A model generated the notes under the pieces. It did no database searches, was not told where the DNA came from, and was given only the letters and a program-made list of their open reading frames with translations. The position numbers and the translations under genes were made by a program. Shown one piece after another: positions 52,305-64,000 of a stretch of DNA of 64,000 bases (position 1 is the stretch's first letter; each line of letters begins with the position of its first letter). Location: the NCBI GenBank assembly GCA_050575255.1, contig JBNZDD010013725.1, positions 10,370,221-10,434,220 on the forward strand, read 5' to 3'. Source of the stretch: Harriotta raleighana. Taxonomy: Eukaryota.

Positions 52305-52481
52305 CTGTTTGTTGTAAACATTGACAGCAATTCGCTTGCGTAGCACCAGTTCCACAGCAGCTGGATGGCTCAGTTGCACTGTACTCTTTACAATCAAATA
52401 AACCCGCTCATTCTGCGGAGTCACTTTGTTTAAATGCACAGAATCATGGACTGAGGTGTCCCAGGATGCGACTGCCAAGAC
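52305..52481 (-). CDS. KIF13A: KIF13A exon
   Basis: VLAVASWDTSVHDSVHLNKVTPQNERVYLIVKSTVQLSHPAAVELVLRKRIAVNVYNKQ; 177 nt. Confidence 0.97.
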
Positions 52482-53161
52482 CTGATGCCCAACAAGACGG
52501 TAAAACAGTGAAGTCATTTATTTCTTAGGAGTCGTTTCATTGGGAGACTTAACTTCTTCTTAAATTCATCACTAAAATATAATCGTGTTAGTAGGAGGGT
52601 ACATATAATCCTAGCAAGAAGTTGTGCAGTTGATAAGATCACTAAAATTGAAACTACTCTGAATAAAATCAAGATAAGATAATTGATATTATCAGTCAAC
52701 ATTTTTATAAAACTGGAATTCTCTAATTCTAAACATGGAGAGAATGGCTCTTCCAACCACTGAATTTTAAGCAACAAAGTAAAATGGCCATCTTGTATTT
52801 GCATTCTTTTCTCTCTCGCAGTGAAAAGTTCTTGGGGGAGACGGAAGAGTGGGGGCGGAGGTCTTTGGTCACACCTGTTTATTCAGGACATACTGTCATA
52901 ATAATCCTTGCATTTGGTATATAGCGCCTTATCACATCGTTGAGATGTCTGAAAGTTCTTCACAGAATATTCTGTAATTTGGCTACAGATACACAGTCAG
53001 TCCACAGTAAAATCTTGTGAAGTGCTTTGGGATGTCCTCTCAACATGAGAGACAGTATACCAAATATTATTATTAAATGCATGTTTAAGGAACTTTTCCC
53101 GGTTCCTTGAAAGTCAGTGGCACTGAGAAAGTATGCAATAGAAGTGAAAAGATGTGTGTAC

Positions 53162-53286
53162 CTCCTCCTCACTGTGCTTGATGATGGGCAAATAGAAGAA
53201 TTGGCTGCCATGTTCCTTTGGTAAGATGGAGTTCACTCCTGGTGCGTGGGGACCTGTGAGTTGCTCATTGGCACTGAGATCATCGG
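53162..53286 (-). CDS. KIF13A: KIF13A exon
   Basis: DDLSANEQLTGPHAPGVNSILPKEHGSQFFYLPIIKHSEEE, near-identical to human KIF13A; 125 nt. Confidence 0.97.
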
Positions 53287-53399
53287 CTGAAAGATTCATA
53301 ACAAGAGAAATAAAAGATAAAACTGAGTGAAAGATAAATGTTTCTTCACTTCAAAAATGACTGCTTCAAAGAAGCAAGAACATTTCTTTCCTCTCCTAG

Positions 53400-53885
53400 A
53401 ATCATAGATATATAGCGGAGAAGAAGTCCATTTGGCCTATGTGTTACACCAACTCTCAGATCAAGTATACATACATTCAACTATCCACTGCTCCATACTG
53501 TCGTCTATATCCCTTCAAACCTGTAACAGTAAAATGTACTGTAGATTTCCCCCCTTATCCAAAAGAAGGGGACATAGTTTTAAAATTAGAACCAGGCTAT
53601 TTAAGAATCAAATCAGGAAGCATTTTTTCACTCAAAGAATGTTAGAAATCTGGAATTCTCTTCCCCAAAAGTTTGTGTCACATAGCCAAAGGAGCTTTTG
53701 CAATGAATGTTGTCCATCCCCACCTTCAAGAGTGAGGTTGATAGATTTTTGTTAGGTCGGGGTATTCAGGGATAAAACGGGGAATTGGAATTGAAAGGAT
53801 TAATAGATGCAGATCAGCATTGATCTAATTAAATGGCAGAACAAGCTCAAAGGGCTGAATGGCCTTCTCCTGTTCCTATGTTCCC
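53400..53885 (+). mobile_element. CR1 LINE 3' fragment
   Basis: RRGHSFKIRTRLFKNQIRKHFFTQRMLEIWNSLP, a typical CR1 ORF2 C-terminus, followed by a CR1-type 3' UTR (gggctgaatggccttctcctgttcctatg). Confidence 0.82.
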
Positions 53886-54646
53886 TCTCTCTACTTCCCC
53901 CAAACAAATACAAATCTGACTTGTGTGCAGAATTACTTGTTATTGTAAAGCATACAGAGACATTACCCTGTGTGAACGATGCTAGATAAATACAAATCAT
54001 GGTAAACATGTTCAAATGACCGAATGCCCAATGCATTTTGGAGGTATTCCAAATTCAAGAGTTTATTTTGGAGACAGTAATAGGAGCTCTCAGGGCCTCA
54101 AGCCAAACAGTTGCTGCCCCTTCTCATAAGTTTGCAAGGAGTCTGGGCAATCAAATTGAATTCTTTAAAGATCCTTGTATTGGGGGTAATAAAACAATTC
54201 ATGCTACACAAATGGTAATATCTGTTAGTACATGTCTACGTTTAACCCCTGTGTACTGCATGTAATTTGACTAGTTATTCTCTTACAGATGATAAAACAC
54301 ACATTTGAAGTAAATTAATTGTTTATGGGGTTCAGTACCAATAAGTTCACGAGGCTCTGAATGCACACTGAAACCTCCAAGCGATTAAGAACCTATTCAG
54401 ACCTGTTTCACCCACTGGCTGTTCATTATTCAACTGGAAATAATTATGTTGTTGTCCCTGACCTTCATTTAGAACTAGAGCAATGCTAATGTCACACAGC
54501 CAAAGGAGCTTTTGCAATGAAAGTTGTCCAAAACAGTGCAATACTGATGGTGTGGTTTTACAGAAGAATTATCTGCATGTTTTGACTAGGGCCAACATGA
54601 CATAGATGATACAAGATTTGTAGCAACGGGTTTTAAAGTACCTTAC

Positions 54647-54702
54647 CATTTAAATCAAGGAAGAGTACTGGAAAGTGAGCTTCCATTCCTGGCACTGGTA
54701 TC
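54647..54702 (-). CDS. KIF13A: KIF13A exon
   Basis: IPVPGMEAHFPVLFLDLN resembles human IPPPGMETHIPVLFLDLN; 56 nt, phase 2 to 1. Confidence 0.95.
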
Positions 54703-55384
54703 CTGCAAGATACAGAAAAAAAAACATTTTTAAAAAAAGTATTAAAGAAAACTAGTGTTTTTGACCAGAACAAAAAAATGTATTCCCTGGCACAACTTGC
54801 AAACAGAAACAACAGCTAATTACATGTGTATAACAACTTCACTTCGGAAAGATGTCACAGTGTGCTGGACAATAAGGAGTTTGGGACCAGTTAGGAGTTG
54901 GGGTCAGAAGGGGAGGTGGGGGTGGTTGGGTATAGGGGGTGGCCAAAAGTACCCTTGTAAGGATGCTGATTTCCTTCTAAATATTCTCTTGAAAGTGCGG
55001 CAGCCTCATAGTCTATCAAATACTATTCACCTGTTGCGCAATGCGATCCTGGTTTGAATAGATTTCCATGTCTGGGGTGTATGATGCGCCATAGATAATG
55101 TGCCCAAGTGAAGCCTATAAGTTTTTGCTTTCAGCCAGTGAACGAATCTTGCAAAAATAGTACTCATAGAGCAAGTAACCAGAGAAGAAAGTCAAATGTC
55201 GAACAAAAATTCATAGAAATGTTAGCACAGTTAGAACCTAGATAGAAGAGTAAAATAACATTACAAAACATAAGGAGTCTGAGAATAGGAAATAGGATAG
55301 AATTAAATGTGTGATTGACCAAATTACTTTGATATTGCATTTTAAATTGCGTTTAATATCCGAGTCATTTCAGCCTAATATTAC

Positions 55385-55742
55385 AATAAAAATAATAATC
55401 CTTGCATTTGATATAGTGCCTTATTATTTGTTCGAGACAACTCAAAACCTTTCACAGGATTATACTGTAAACTGTTTTTTTGGCAAAATGTGGCAGGCAA
55501 ATGCACACAATGGTATCCTACAAACATTTGTAGATTGAGTGATGACTTTTTTTTTAAATGTAATAAATTTTTGCTGGAAAAGCAATCTGCCAATTGCCCA
55601 ACAACTGGGTTCCTGCTTAATGCTGGATAAACAGAGACATATGGAGTAAAGGAACTTCCCAAATGTTTATTTCTGCTTGGTAATCAAACCCAGCTACTTT
55701 AGTTTGCAAGACAAGTGTGCTAACCAATATGTTACAGGATGT
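55385..55742 (-). mobile_element. SINE (related subfamily)
   Basis: Homologous to 39742-40105. Confidence 0.72.
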
Positions 55743-56182
55743 CACATGCAGATCTTACTACTGCTTTTAACATGTTTAATTTTAGATACACTACAGAAGG
55801 TTATATGTTAAATCAGTTAGCTCAGGTTCACTGAACTTCAATAGACCAGCCAGCATTCTAAGGGTTAAACATTGGTACATGAAGAGAGGAGGGAAGAGAC
55901 GAGGGGAAGGATAACATTTCTTTTGGCATTGCGAGCAGAGACAGTGGCAATTTACATTTGCAGTGTGGATATCCCATTGGAAGCATTGTGAATGCTTACC
56001 ATTGTGAGTGCTTACCCTACGCTTACACTTAAACTTACTGCTGATCAGAAATTCAATCCAATGATGTGCTTGCAACCTATGGTTGAGCAACATAACACCT
56101 CAACAAGCTGCTTACTCTCCCAAGTGTGTTGTGTAGACAGATTGATAAAATAGATTAAAAGATAGTGGGGGTGTTTGCTAAC

Positions 56183-56309
56183 CAGTCGGCAGGAGCTCCT
56201 GGGATTCCACTGCTTGGAGCTGGTACAAGCACAGCATTCCTCTCCTCAGTCAGTCCGACCCATTGTTCCACCAGCCGTGCCTCCCTCTCTATATCATCTT
56301 CGTTTTTTT
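56183..56309 (-). CDS. KIF13A: KIF13A exon
   Basis: KNEDDIEREARLVEQWVGLTEERNAVLVPAPSSGIPGAPADW; 127 nt, phase 1 to 2. Confidence 0.96.
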
Positions 56310-56317
56310 CTACATGG

Positions 56318-56530
56318 AATAATAGTAAGAATAATCCTTGCATTTGATATAGTGCTTTTCACATTTTATTGACATCTCAAAGTGCTTCACAGAATATACT
56401 GTAAAGTTAATTGACTGTATATTTGTGGGTGAAACATGGCAGCCAATTGCACACAGCTGTGACCCACAAACAGTTGTGGATTGAAAATGACCAATTTTTA
56501 TTTTTGTGAGTTTTTTTTGGATGGATTATT
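56318..56530 (-). mobile_element. 5'-truncated SINE abutting a KIF13A splice acceptor
   Basis: SINE tail aataatagtaagaataatccttgcatttgatatag starts under 10 nt from the exon boundary at 56309. Confidence 0.82.
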
Positions 56531-56858
56531 ACGAGATGGCATCAACTGTGATGCTTCAAAATATTAACATTTCTCACTTGTCGCTCATTTGCCTTAAAAT
56601 GAGTAACAGTTAAGACAAGGTGTAAATTCAATTTGGAAGCTGGTTTCTAATAGATTTAGGAAAAGCGCTGTGGAAAATGGGCATCCATATGTTTTCCGCT
56701 CCAAACCGTGAGCAATTCTGTGTCTCTGGGGTATCCACTATTAATTTCTGCCATTGAAAGCTAGCATGGATTTGAAACGTCTTCCAACCAGTTACTTCCA
56801 GAACATCTGAAAACCTTTTCGCATAACAAGCACACACTATGCACAGACTGAAGCATAC

Positions 56859-56958
56859 CTTGTTTCTTTATGACTTTCTGAATTTGTTCATCTAAGTATT
56901 CCCGACGCTTCATCAAGGCATCAGACCATTTCTCTCGCACCTCGTTTAAATCTTCCTC
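56859..56958 (-). CDS. KIF13A: KIF13A exon
   Basis: EEDLNEVREKWSDALMKRREYLDEQIQKVIKKQ; 100 nt. Confidence 0.96.
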
Positions 56959-59143
56959 CTGATCAAGGGCGAAAGGGTAAGTGACAATTTACAATTTTAA
57001 GTGTCCATTTCATCAAGAGAGACAATGTACTGAAAGAGTTTTCCCACGTGCTATTCGAGAACTTGCATTGTTAATTACAATGCTCCACATATTGTTCTGT
57101 TTCCCAGTCGTGGTTTTATTTTCAAACTCCAGAAAGAATTTGGACTGAGATCCTAGGATTTCCAATCTACCACTGTAATATACTTATTAATGGATCCAAT
57201 GTGTTACATACTTTCCCTCTAACATTAGAATAGATACAATAAACACACTCCCCCAATCCGTTTTGAAGTCATGCTCATTACTCTTTCAAACACACACATT
57301 TGTGAGGAACGTTTCCTTCAATTTTCAAAAAGTCTTTCACTAAGTCTGTAAGGGTCTGTATTGCAGCACTTCTCCAATGAAACCATTTGCTTCGGTGCTG
57401 ATTGTTCTTTAACTCACCTGCGGATTTGAGACAAGTACAGACTGAGGTCTGTAAAGTGTTTGAAATGGTTAAGATACAGACCAGTGCGAGATCACTTGCC
57501 TTGAATTATCCATGCAGCGGTTTCATGCACTTGTGCTTTAAGCATGGAACAAGTGGTAGTCAAAAGCAGTTATAATACCCAATATCACAGTGGCAAGTAG
57601 CATTTTGAAAGCCCTCATGAACGTTAGTAAATGCATCTAAACTGCAGGAATCGAAATACTCCATATTTACCATTAGTGGTAACTACTTTCTGGGGTTGTG
57701 TGCAGTAATATGCATGGACATTTAAACAGAACTTTAGAAGTGGTCGTAAGTGCTGCATTGCACAAATGATGGAAGATATAATTTGCTTTGCACCATCAAT
57801 CTAATTAAATAAATCCATGTTTCTTCTTTTATTTTGATAGGAATTTGTTTGAGAACGTGGTACAGAGGGGTGGTTTCATGCTTTACAGACGTAAGCAAAC
57901 AAAACATCCACTGTGGAAACACCAAGTCTCTAAAGAGTGTGGGCTGTCTTGCCTCAGTCAATTGCAAAAGACAACAGCTATCCATTGTGACCACTCTGTC
58001 CTGTCAGATTTCACTGGGATTTTCAAGATCAGTTATTATGAAATTCTTGGGGCTTTTGTGGTGCCCAAAGTAGTATTTCGAACCCTGCTTTAGTGTTCAT
58101 AGGTGAAATGGAGATGGAGCAAGTTTTATTCCCCACCTATTCTGAAAAGAAACACTTTCGAGACACAACCTTTGCTCTCTGCAACTTCCATCAGTAACGG
58201 ATAATAAAAGCAAATTCCAATGTAAGCCATGTTGGACAATTCAGGCTCTGTAGCAAAAATAAGTCTTTTCTACTGAAAGGAAAGTATTTCCCTAGTTAGT
58301 GCACAGTCACTACACTTGACAGTACATCTTGTGAAGCACTTCGAAACATCCTCCTGGCTCCGTATCAAATGCAAGGATTATTATAACTAAGTGGGTGACC
58401 TGTTTCTGACAATTGACTGTGCTGCAGTCTGACCACCAGGAGATGCACTAGAGCAGAACAAAGATTTCCGCAGCCTCTGTGAAGAAGTACATGGCTGCGT
58501 ATCACCTTGCATCGGTGAAATGGGACGCTCGGAAATGAACGGGGCTGAGAAACATTAATTTTGGGGGGAATATTAGAAAGGGTTTTGCGATCTGTACTTA
58601 AAGGTTGACAAGTAGGTGATCAAAGAGGAAAAGGCAGTGACTGCAGCGTAAACGCTTACATTTCCAGTCGAGGCGGAGAATGAGAAGAAATTATAAACCT
58701 TAGGATGTCCACTCGCTTCTAACAGGGACCCTAGCCTGCTGTTAACATTGTAAACACTGAAAATGTGGCTTAGCATTTGCTACGACTCATTTGCCACAAT
58801 CCCTACAAAAGCCTTAATACAAATTAAATGGTGTGACTGAAAGCTGCACATGTCACACAACTTGGATAGCTCTGTTCATTCAGATGCTATGCAAAATGAA
58901 GAAAAACGCTCAGTATCTCCATGGAAATCAGCCTTTATGTTTAACCTGCAATAGTTATTCACCCTAGAATAGTATCAGTATCGTATAATATGGTAAGTAC
59001 TGTACATGCATTCAAAAGCGAGAGGGGCACCGTAGCCTTTTAAAAACCCCCAACTTTCCATCTCCATTGCCTATTTGTAAGTCAGTTGCTGGTGGAGGCC
59101 AATGCTGTGCTTCATGCCATGTAACGTATGGGAGAAACGATAC

Positions 59144-59176
59144 CTGATAACTATCCATATCCTCCTTCTCCTCTTT
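59144..59176 (-). CDS. KIF13A: KIF13A short cassette exon (33 nt)
   Basis: KEEKEDMDSYQ resembles human RDDEDGDDMDSYQ; ttttctcctaccag|AAA and CAG|gtatcg. Confidence 0.85.
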
Positions 59177-60032
59177 CTGGTAGGAGAAAATAAACTCAGT
59201 AAAGACACTGTCATGCAAATACATCAAAAGAAAAACACTGCACTTTATCACTCACGTGTAAAAGTTCTGAATATTATTTTGATACAAATAATGCTCGATA
59301 TAATTCACGAGTGCAAAAGATGCAATCCCCACTCCCCCAAAACTCTCACAAGGTTCTTGTAGAAAACGGATTCAGTGACTGAAACACACAGGCTTATTGA
59401 AATACAAACTAACTAATGGAAAGCTCCTTTCCGGAATATTAGCTTTTGTGGCTGCTCTCTCTGCTACTGAGGAGCCCGTCACATCTGTCTCCGAGACATG
59501 AAAAGAACTTGCTGTGGTTATTAAAGCTGGATTGTTGAGGATTTTAAAGAGTTAAAGGAGTGAAATGTCTGATTCAACTATCCTGTTTCATTTGAATTAA
59601 GTCCAATTTCTGACACCAATGTTTGATGACTGGTGAAAAGTGATGCTTTTAGCTTCAGCCAATGGAAGCAAACTTGAAATATCATTGTGCATCACTCCCC
59701 ACCAACTCCCCCACACCCCCCAGCATTGGATGTACAATGTCAAAAAAGATGAAAAAAGTTGTCTTTTGAAATTCCTCTGAGAGGTGAGATACAAAACTAT
59801 TCACCCGAACACTGTTACTTCACATCAATGCCGATGCTCATTTTGACACTGGCTTTAAAGGGCACGAATGCAACTGAATAACATTCTTTCCGAATCAAAA
59901 TCAGTCCAAAACATGGGTGAATTCCTACATAAGTGAGTAAAATTCATACAAACCTGGAAGGGGATATTAACATCAGATTCTCCAGCAATTCTTAAGTGAA
60001 AATCTATTTCCAATAAATGCCAGGTTCCTTAC

Positions 60033-60179
60033 CTGGTAACTATCCAAGGGCCTCTGGAGTTTCGTGGACCGAGCAGTGATGCATCCCACGGAGACAGCCA
60101 GAATAGCTTCCACCATAAGTGGTAATGTGCCAGAGTGCTGGACAGGTTTGACTGCAACCTGAATCCTACGGGAGTGACC
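60033..60179 (-). CDS. KIF13A: KIF13A exon
   Basis: GHSRRIQVAVKPVQHSGTLPLMVEAILAVSVGCITARSTKLQRPLDSYQ; 147 nt. Confidence 0.97.
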
Positions 60180-60839
60180 CTGAACAAGAGCACAGCAGAA
60201 AAGCCTGGGTTTAATCTGACCAAGGAATGCAAAACAATGTAGGTTAACCCCAAACAAAATTCCCTGTTAAAATCCTAACCAGATGGATACCATTTAACCC
60301 TAGGCTTCTAGAATGCATTTCACTTTGGAGAGGGAGGCACTGTGTAGATAAGCTATGGAAAATCTGGACAATATAAAGAATTAGATCCATTGAAAATATT
60401 TAACTATTCTGTGAGTTCAGAGTTTACTGCCATAAGAAACAGCTTATTCTAAAGGTCAGTGTTATAGTATGTTGAGCTACAACATGCTGCAGAAGCTATC
60501 ATTTTCTAACAGACTTTGGGTCCATCAGGGATCTTATGAGGGTCCAAGCTTGGGTGGTGTAATGGCTGTAATTGAATGTAAACTCCTGGTCTTTTGTCCT
60601 GGGCCTGGATCGCTGGCTGGAGTGGGCTAAGGAAGCCCAAGGGAGAGGCACATGGCTGTGGATCTCAGCTCCATGTTATTAAAAGGCAAGAACTTTAATA
60701 CATGATAAAGAAAACATAAGCTGGAGACTTCCTTCTTCTCCCTTCTCCATCCGATAACCGAATGGCTAATGGCACAGTGTGTCACAGAAGTTCGATGGAA
60801 TCCCTCATCCGTGCTCAGGGCATTATTCAGTCAGAGATC

Positions 60840-61110
60840 AACAACAATAACTTGCATTTTTTAAGTGCCCCTCATGCATGGCAGTGTCTCAGAGCGGAGG
60901 GTGCAGAGTGAGATGAGGGGCTGGGTGGGAGACCGTAAGCACAGTTGAAGAGTAAGTTCTTGAGGTGGAACCTGATAGGTAAGGAGAGGGCAAAGCGGAA
61001 TGATTGTGTGTCCAAGAGTTTCAGGCGCAGTTGCTGAAGGTGGAACGCAGAGCACAAGGGGCAAGCAGGAGGCTGGAGCCAATCAAAAGGAGGTCAGTTT
61101 AAGAGCCCTC
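60840..61110 (-). mobile_element. L2 LINE 3' fragment
   Basis: Reversed (TTG)n tail and ORF2 end. Confidence 0.65.
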
Positions 61111-61368
61111 AATGGCTTGGAGGAGGAGATTGGAAAGACATTATTGACTAGAATCTCATCTCCTGATTACTCTCCAGTTAGCGTATATGGTCCTTTCTCA
61201 TTTTTAAAATGAGCCAGTCCCAGTTAATGCAGACACTGAGCTCTCTCCTATACTGATGCACTAAATAGAGAAAAGTGAAACTACCACATGAGAAATGTAA
61301 AGAATAATCTAATACCGATTAATCTGCAATTTGGCAGACGGACCAAGGTCCAAGTTGATAATACGTAC

Positions 61369-61501
61369 CTGTCTCAGCTGGAAGACACCCCCTGTGTTAA
61401 CGTCCTTTGCTTGATTCAGTTCCACTGCAGTGTACTCTCCCATTTCATTCAGCTCTTGTACAGAAATCCACATCTCAATCCTACGTGTAACTTCACTCCA
61501 C
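61369..61501 (-). CDS. KIF13A: KIF13A exon
   Basis: WSEVTRRIEMWISVQELNEMGEYTAVELNQAKDVNTGGVFQLRQ; 133 nt. Confidence 0.97.
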
Positions 61502-61809
61502 CTGGTACAGCACAAAGTCAACAAACCAACTCAAGACATGCCAGACTGAGCTAATTGTTTATGGTTCACAGACAAAGAGAATGCCCCCTCCTGGCCTCCT
61601 CAATCCATTTAGGACAACATCTCAGCATTAACAACTTATTTTTAAAATGGCTTGAGGACAGCAAGACTCCCCATGTCCACTATCATTGATGGCTGCCTCG
61701 GCTTTGTGTTCCAACCCACAGTGGGACTTAGCTCAGAGTCTAACCTGACCCTCTGGTGCTGAGCTAGTGGGAGAGCAATGTGGTTGGAGGTGCTGTTCTA
61801 CAGATGAGA

Positions 61810-62170
61810 CAATAACAACAAAATTACATTTATAGAGTGCCTTTCGCAACGGGAGGACGTCCCAAGGCGCTGAACAGTTAGGTCGGGACCCGAGCAAGGT
61901 GGAGGGACAGGGTAGTGGGGAGGGAGAGAGTTGGGAGGGCGGCACAAGGCACAATCGATGAGGAGGGTGTTCAGACTGGCCTTGAAGGAGGCAAGGGAGG
62001 AACCGAGGCGAAGGGACTGTGGGATGGAGTTCCAGAGTGTGGGGACAAAGAGGCTGAAAGCCCGGCCACCGATGGTGGGGCGGATCGGGCGGGCTACATG
62101 GAGCAGACTGGAGCTCATTAAACGGAGGGGACAGGCAGGTTCATAGGGAGACAGCAGGTCATTGAGTTTG
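61810..62170 (-). mobile_element. L2 LINE 3' fragment
   Basis: DLLSPYEPACPLR..RPTIGGRAFSLFVPTLWNSIPQSLR and the family tail. Confidence 0.82.
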
Positions 62171-62357
62171 GAGGCAGGAGGGGGACAAGCAGAGACTTTT
62201 GAATGCCTTTTTTTTGGATTGCAAGTTAAAGACATCATGACTGTATTTCAAGGGAAAGGCATATAAAATTGACCATTCATCTCATGGTTTTGCAGAATAG
62301 TTATTGATAACGGATTGCAGACTGACGAGAAGTACTGTGACTTGAGTATCTCCCTAC

Positions 62358-62509
62358 CTGTCCCGCAGTGTGCGGGTTTTTGCTTGCAGTGCATCAACCT
62401 CCCAATGGGTCCTGCCATTCCCTGCGCACCGATGGCCCCATACTTCAATTGCTAGAGCTCCTTCTGAAATAAACTCCAGGAACTCCTCCGTAACATGTAC
62501 CACAAAATC
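62358..62509 (-). CDS. KIF13A: KIF13A exon
   Basis: DFVVHVTEEFLEFISEGALAIEVWGHRCAGNG..AKTRTLRD; 152 nt. Confidence 0.97.
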
Positions 62510-62835
62510 CTGCAACAATACATGAAAGCCTGAGTAAATGCCACAACATGGGGTATGAGTCGCATATTTGACAAAGGGGTTTGTAAATGGTGGATCCCGA
62601 ATGTGTCCCAACCGACCCATGGGAAATCCACTGGCCTCAGTTTTGACTTCTCTAGTGGATGACTGAGCAGAGTTCCAGATATCCGGCTCTCTCCACTTAC
62701 AAATCCTTCTGGATTATATTCCAGAATCCTTTAAATATTCACTCCTAAAATTATAACTTTTTTTTTAAAATGAGCCCTTATTGCAACATGTGCCAAACTC
62801 ACTCAGTTTCATCCAATGCACAACAAAGAGCTTAC

Positions 62836-63009
62836 CTTAGAGTGGTCGAACTTGACAGTATATTGAACAGCCTTGTTTTGAATGGACGGCATATCCGGGT
62901 TAACCATCGGAGGAGCCACTGTTTGTTCGGAGTGATCCCAGAAGGTGTATTGGCAGAAGACAAAATTTGAGAGGTTGAGGGGTAATCCAGTCGCTTCTTT
63001 TATTTTTAC
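62836..63009 (-). CDS. KIF13A: KIF13A exon
   Basis: VKIKEATGLPLNLSNFVFCQYTFWD..QYTVKFDHSK; 174 nt. Confidence 0.97.
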
Positions 63010-63686
63010 CTGTCGTGTTAATGAAACAACACAAGAAGCACATTATTTAAAGGATTAGAAATTACCCTCAGATTCAAACGCGTACATATTGATGATGTAA
63101 ACAGGATTCCCACTAAGGACCATCAGTAACCTAAACAACCCAATGATTAGCATGCAACACACAAGCCACTGGGGTAAACTAGTCATATCTGTTCACTCCA
63201 GTTCTGTATATATGTATAGATTCTCAATGGTTTTGGGCCAACAGAGACATGAAGATTGTCTTCTCAAATCCCAATCTGATCTGTGTTTCCTTATCTCACT
63301 CAGCCAGGGCAAACGTTAGATCCTGACGCAACACCATTTGGATTGGGAGAAGCAGCGTAAATGATAAGTTGGGAGTCATGCTCTTGAACACTTGAGCAGA
63401 AACCCTTGCCAGGAGCTGAGAGCAGTGTTGGTCATCGCTGTGATGTTCTTGCCTTCGATCATCCTATGAACACTCATCGTCTCCATCAAGTCTTACGACA
63501 TGAATAATGGCCACCGCAAGGATTCTAGTACAGTTTGATCTCAGCTTGGGAGTCCAGCTAGCATTGTGAATGTCTTTTTGGGTATCCTCCTGATGTAAAA
63601 GGTGCTGCATACAGTACTGTACTATTATTACACCTCACTGACACCTCCCGGAGATGTTTTAATAGGAGGAAGATTGTCCCACTTAC

Positions 63687-63851
63687 CCTGCAGGATAATT
63701 TCTTTGCCATGTGCACGATTTCACCATTGGTGTCCATGACGTCATAGCTCCCGCTCTCACTGGAGTTCTCTGAGGAATCATCTCCGCCTTCTAGACGCTC
63801 GGGAATGGCACCGCTCACACGCATGAGCTCCACGTGCAGTCGCCCGGCTAC
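63687..63851 (-). CDS. KIF13A: KIF13A exon (gene continues beyond the right edge; motor and FHA exons are outside the window)
   Basis: VAGRLHVELMRVSGAIPERLEGGDDSSENSSESGS..KKLSCR resembles human VAGRLHVEVMRVTGAVPERVVEDDSSENSSESGS; 165 nt. Confidence 0.97.
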
Positions 63852-64000
63852 CTGCAAACACGAACAAACCTATCAGTGGGGCTAAAATCTGTAGCATGGA
63901 AAAAACGCTATTGGCCAGAGAAGACGACTACAGAACAACCTATGCCGGCCCTTGGGAATCTGATTTCCCAATTTGTTTTCAGTGAATATGATTATTTCAG

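Overview
Vertebrate genomic DNA. The repeat content (tRNA-headed SINEs with L2-like tails, many L2/CR1 3' fragments, a Deu-domain SINE) suggests a cartilaginous fish, possibly a chimaera; this taxon is an inference. Two minus-strand genes lie in the same order as in human. The first is the 3' half of KIF13A: 20 coding exons from 63851 to the stop at 22498, all GT-AG and phase-consistent. The second is the 5' end of NUP153: a CpG-island promoter, exon 1 at 15159-15260 and exon 2 at 2501-2711. The main surprise is an intact, solitary 404-codon Ty3/gypsy (PNMA/Arc-like) Gag ORF with a CCHC zinc knuckle at 42433-43647, sense to KIF13A inside its 13.4-kb intron. No pol, LTR or PBS is visible around it. 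Its ATG directly follows a potential splice acceptor (ttttgtag|ATG) that is in phase with the upstream KIF13A exon. It is therefore a candidate domesticated capsid gene and possibly an alternative last exon giving a kinesin-Gag fusion. This KIF13A also keeps a KIF13B-like CAP-Gly tail with a variant GKHQG motif. Several duplications next to single 'n' bases look like assembly artefacts.
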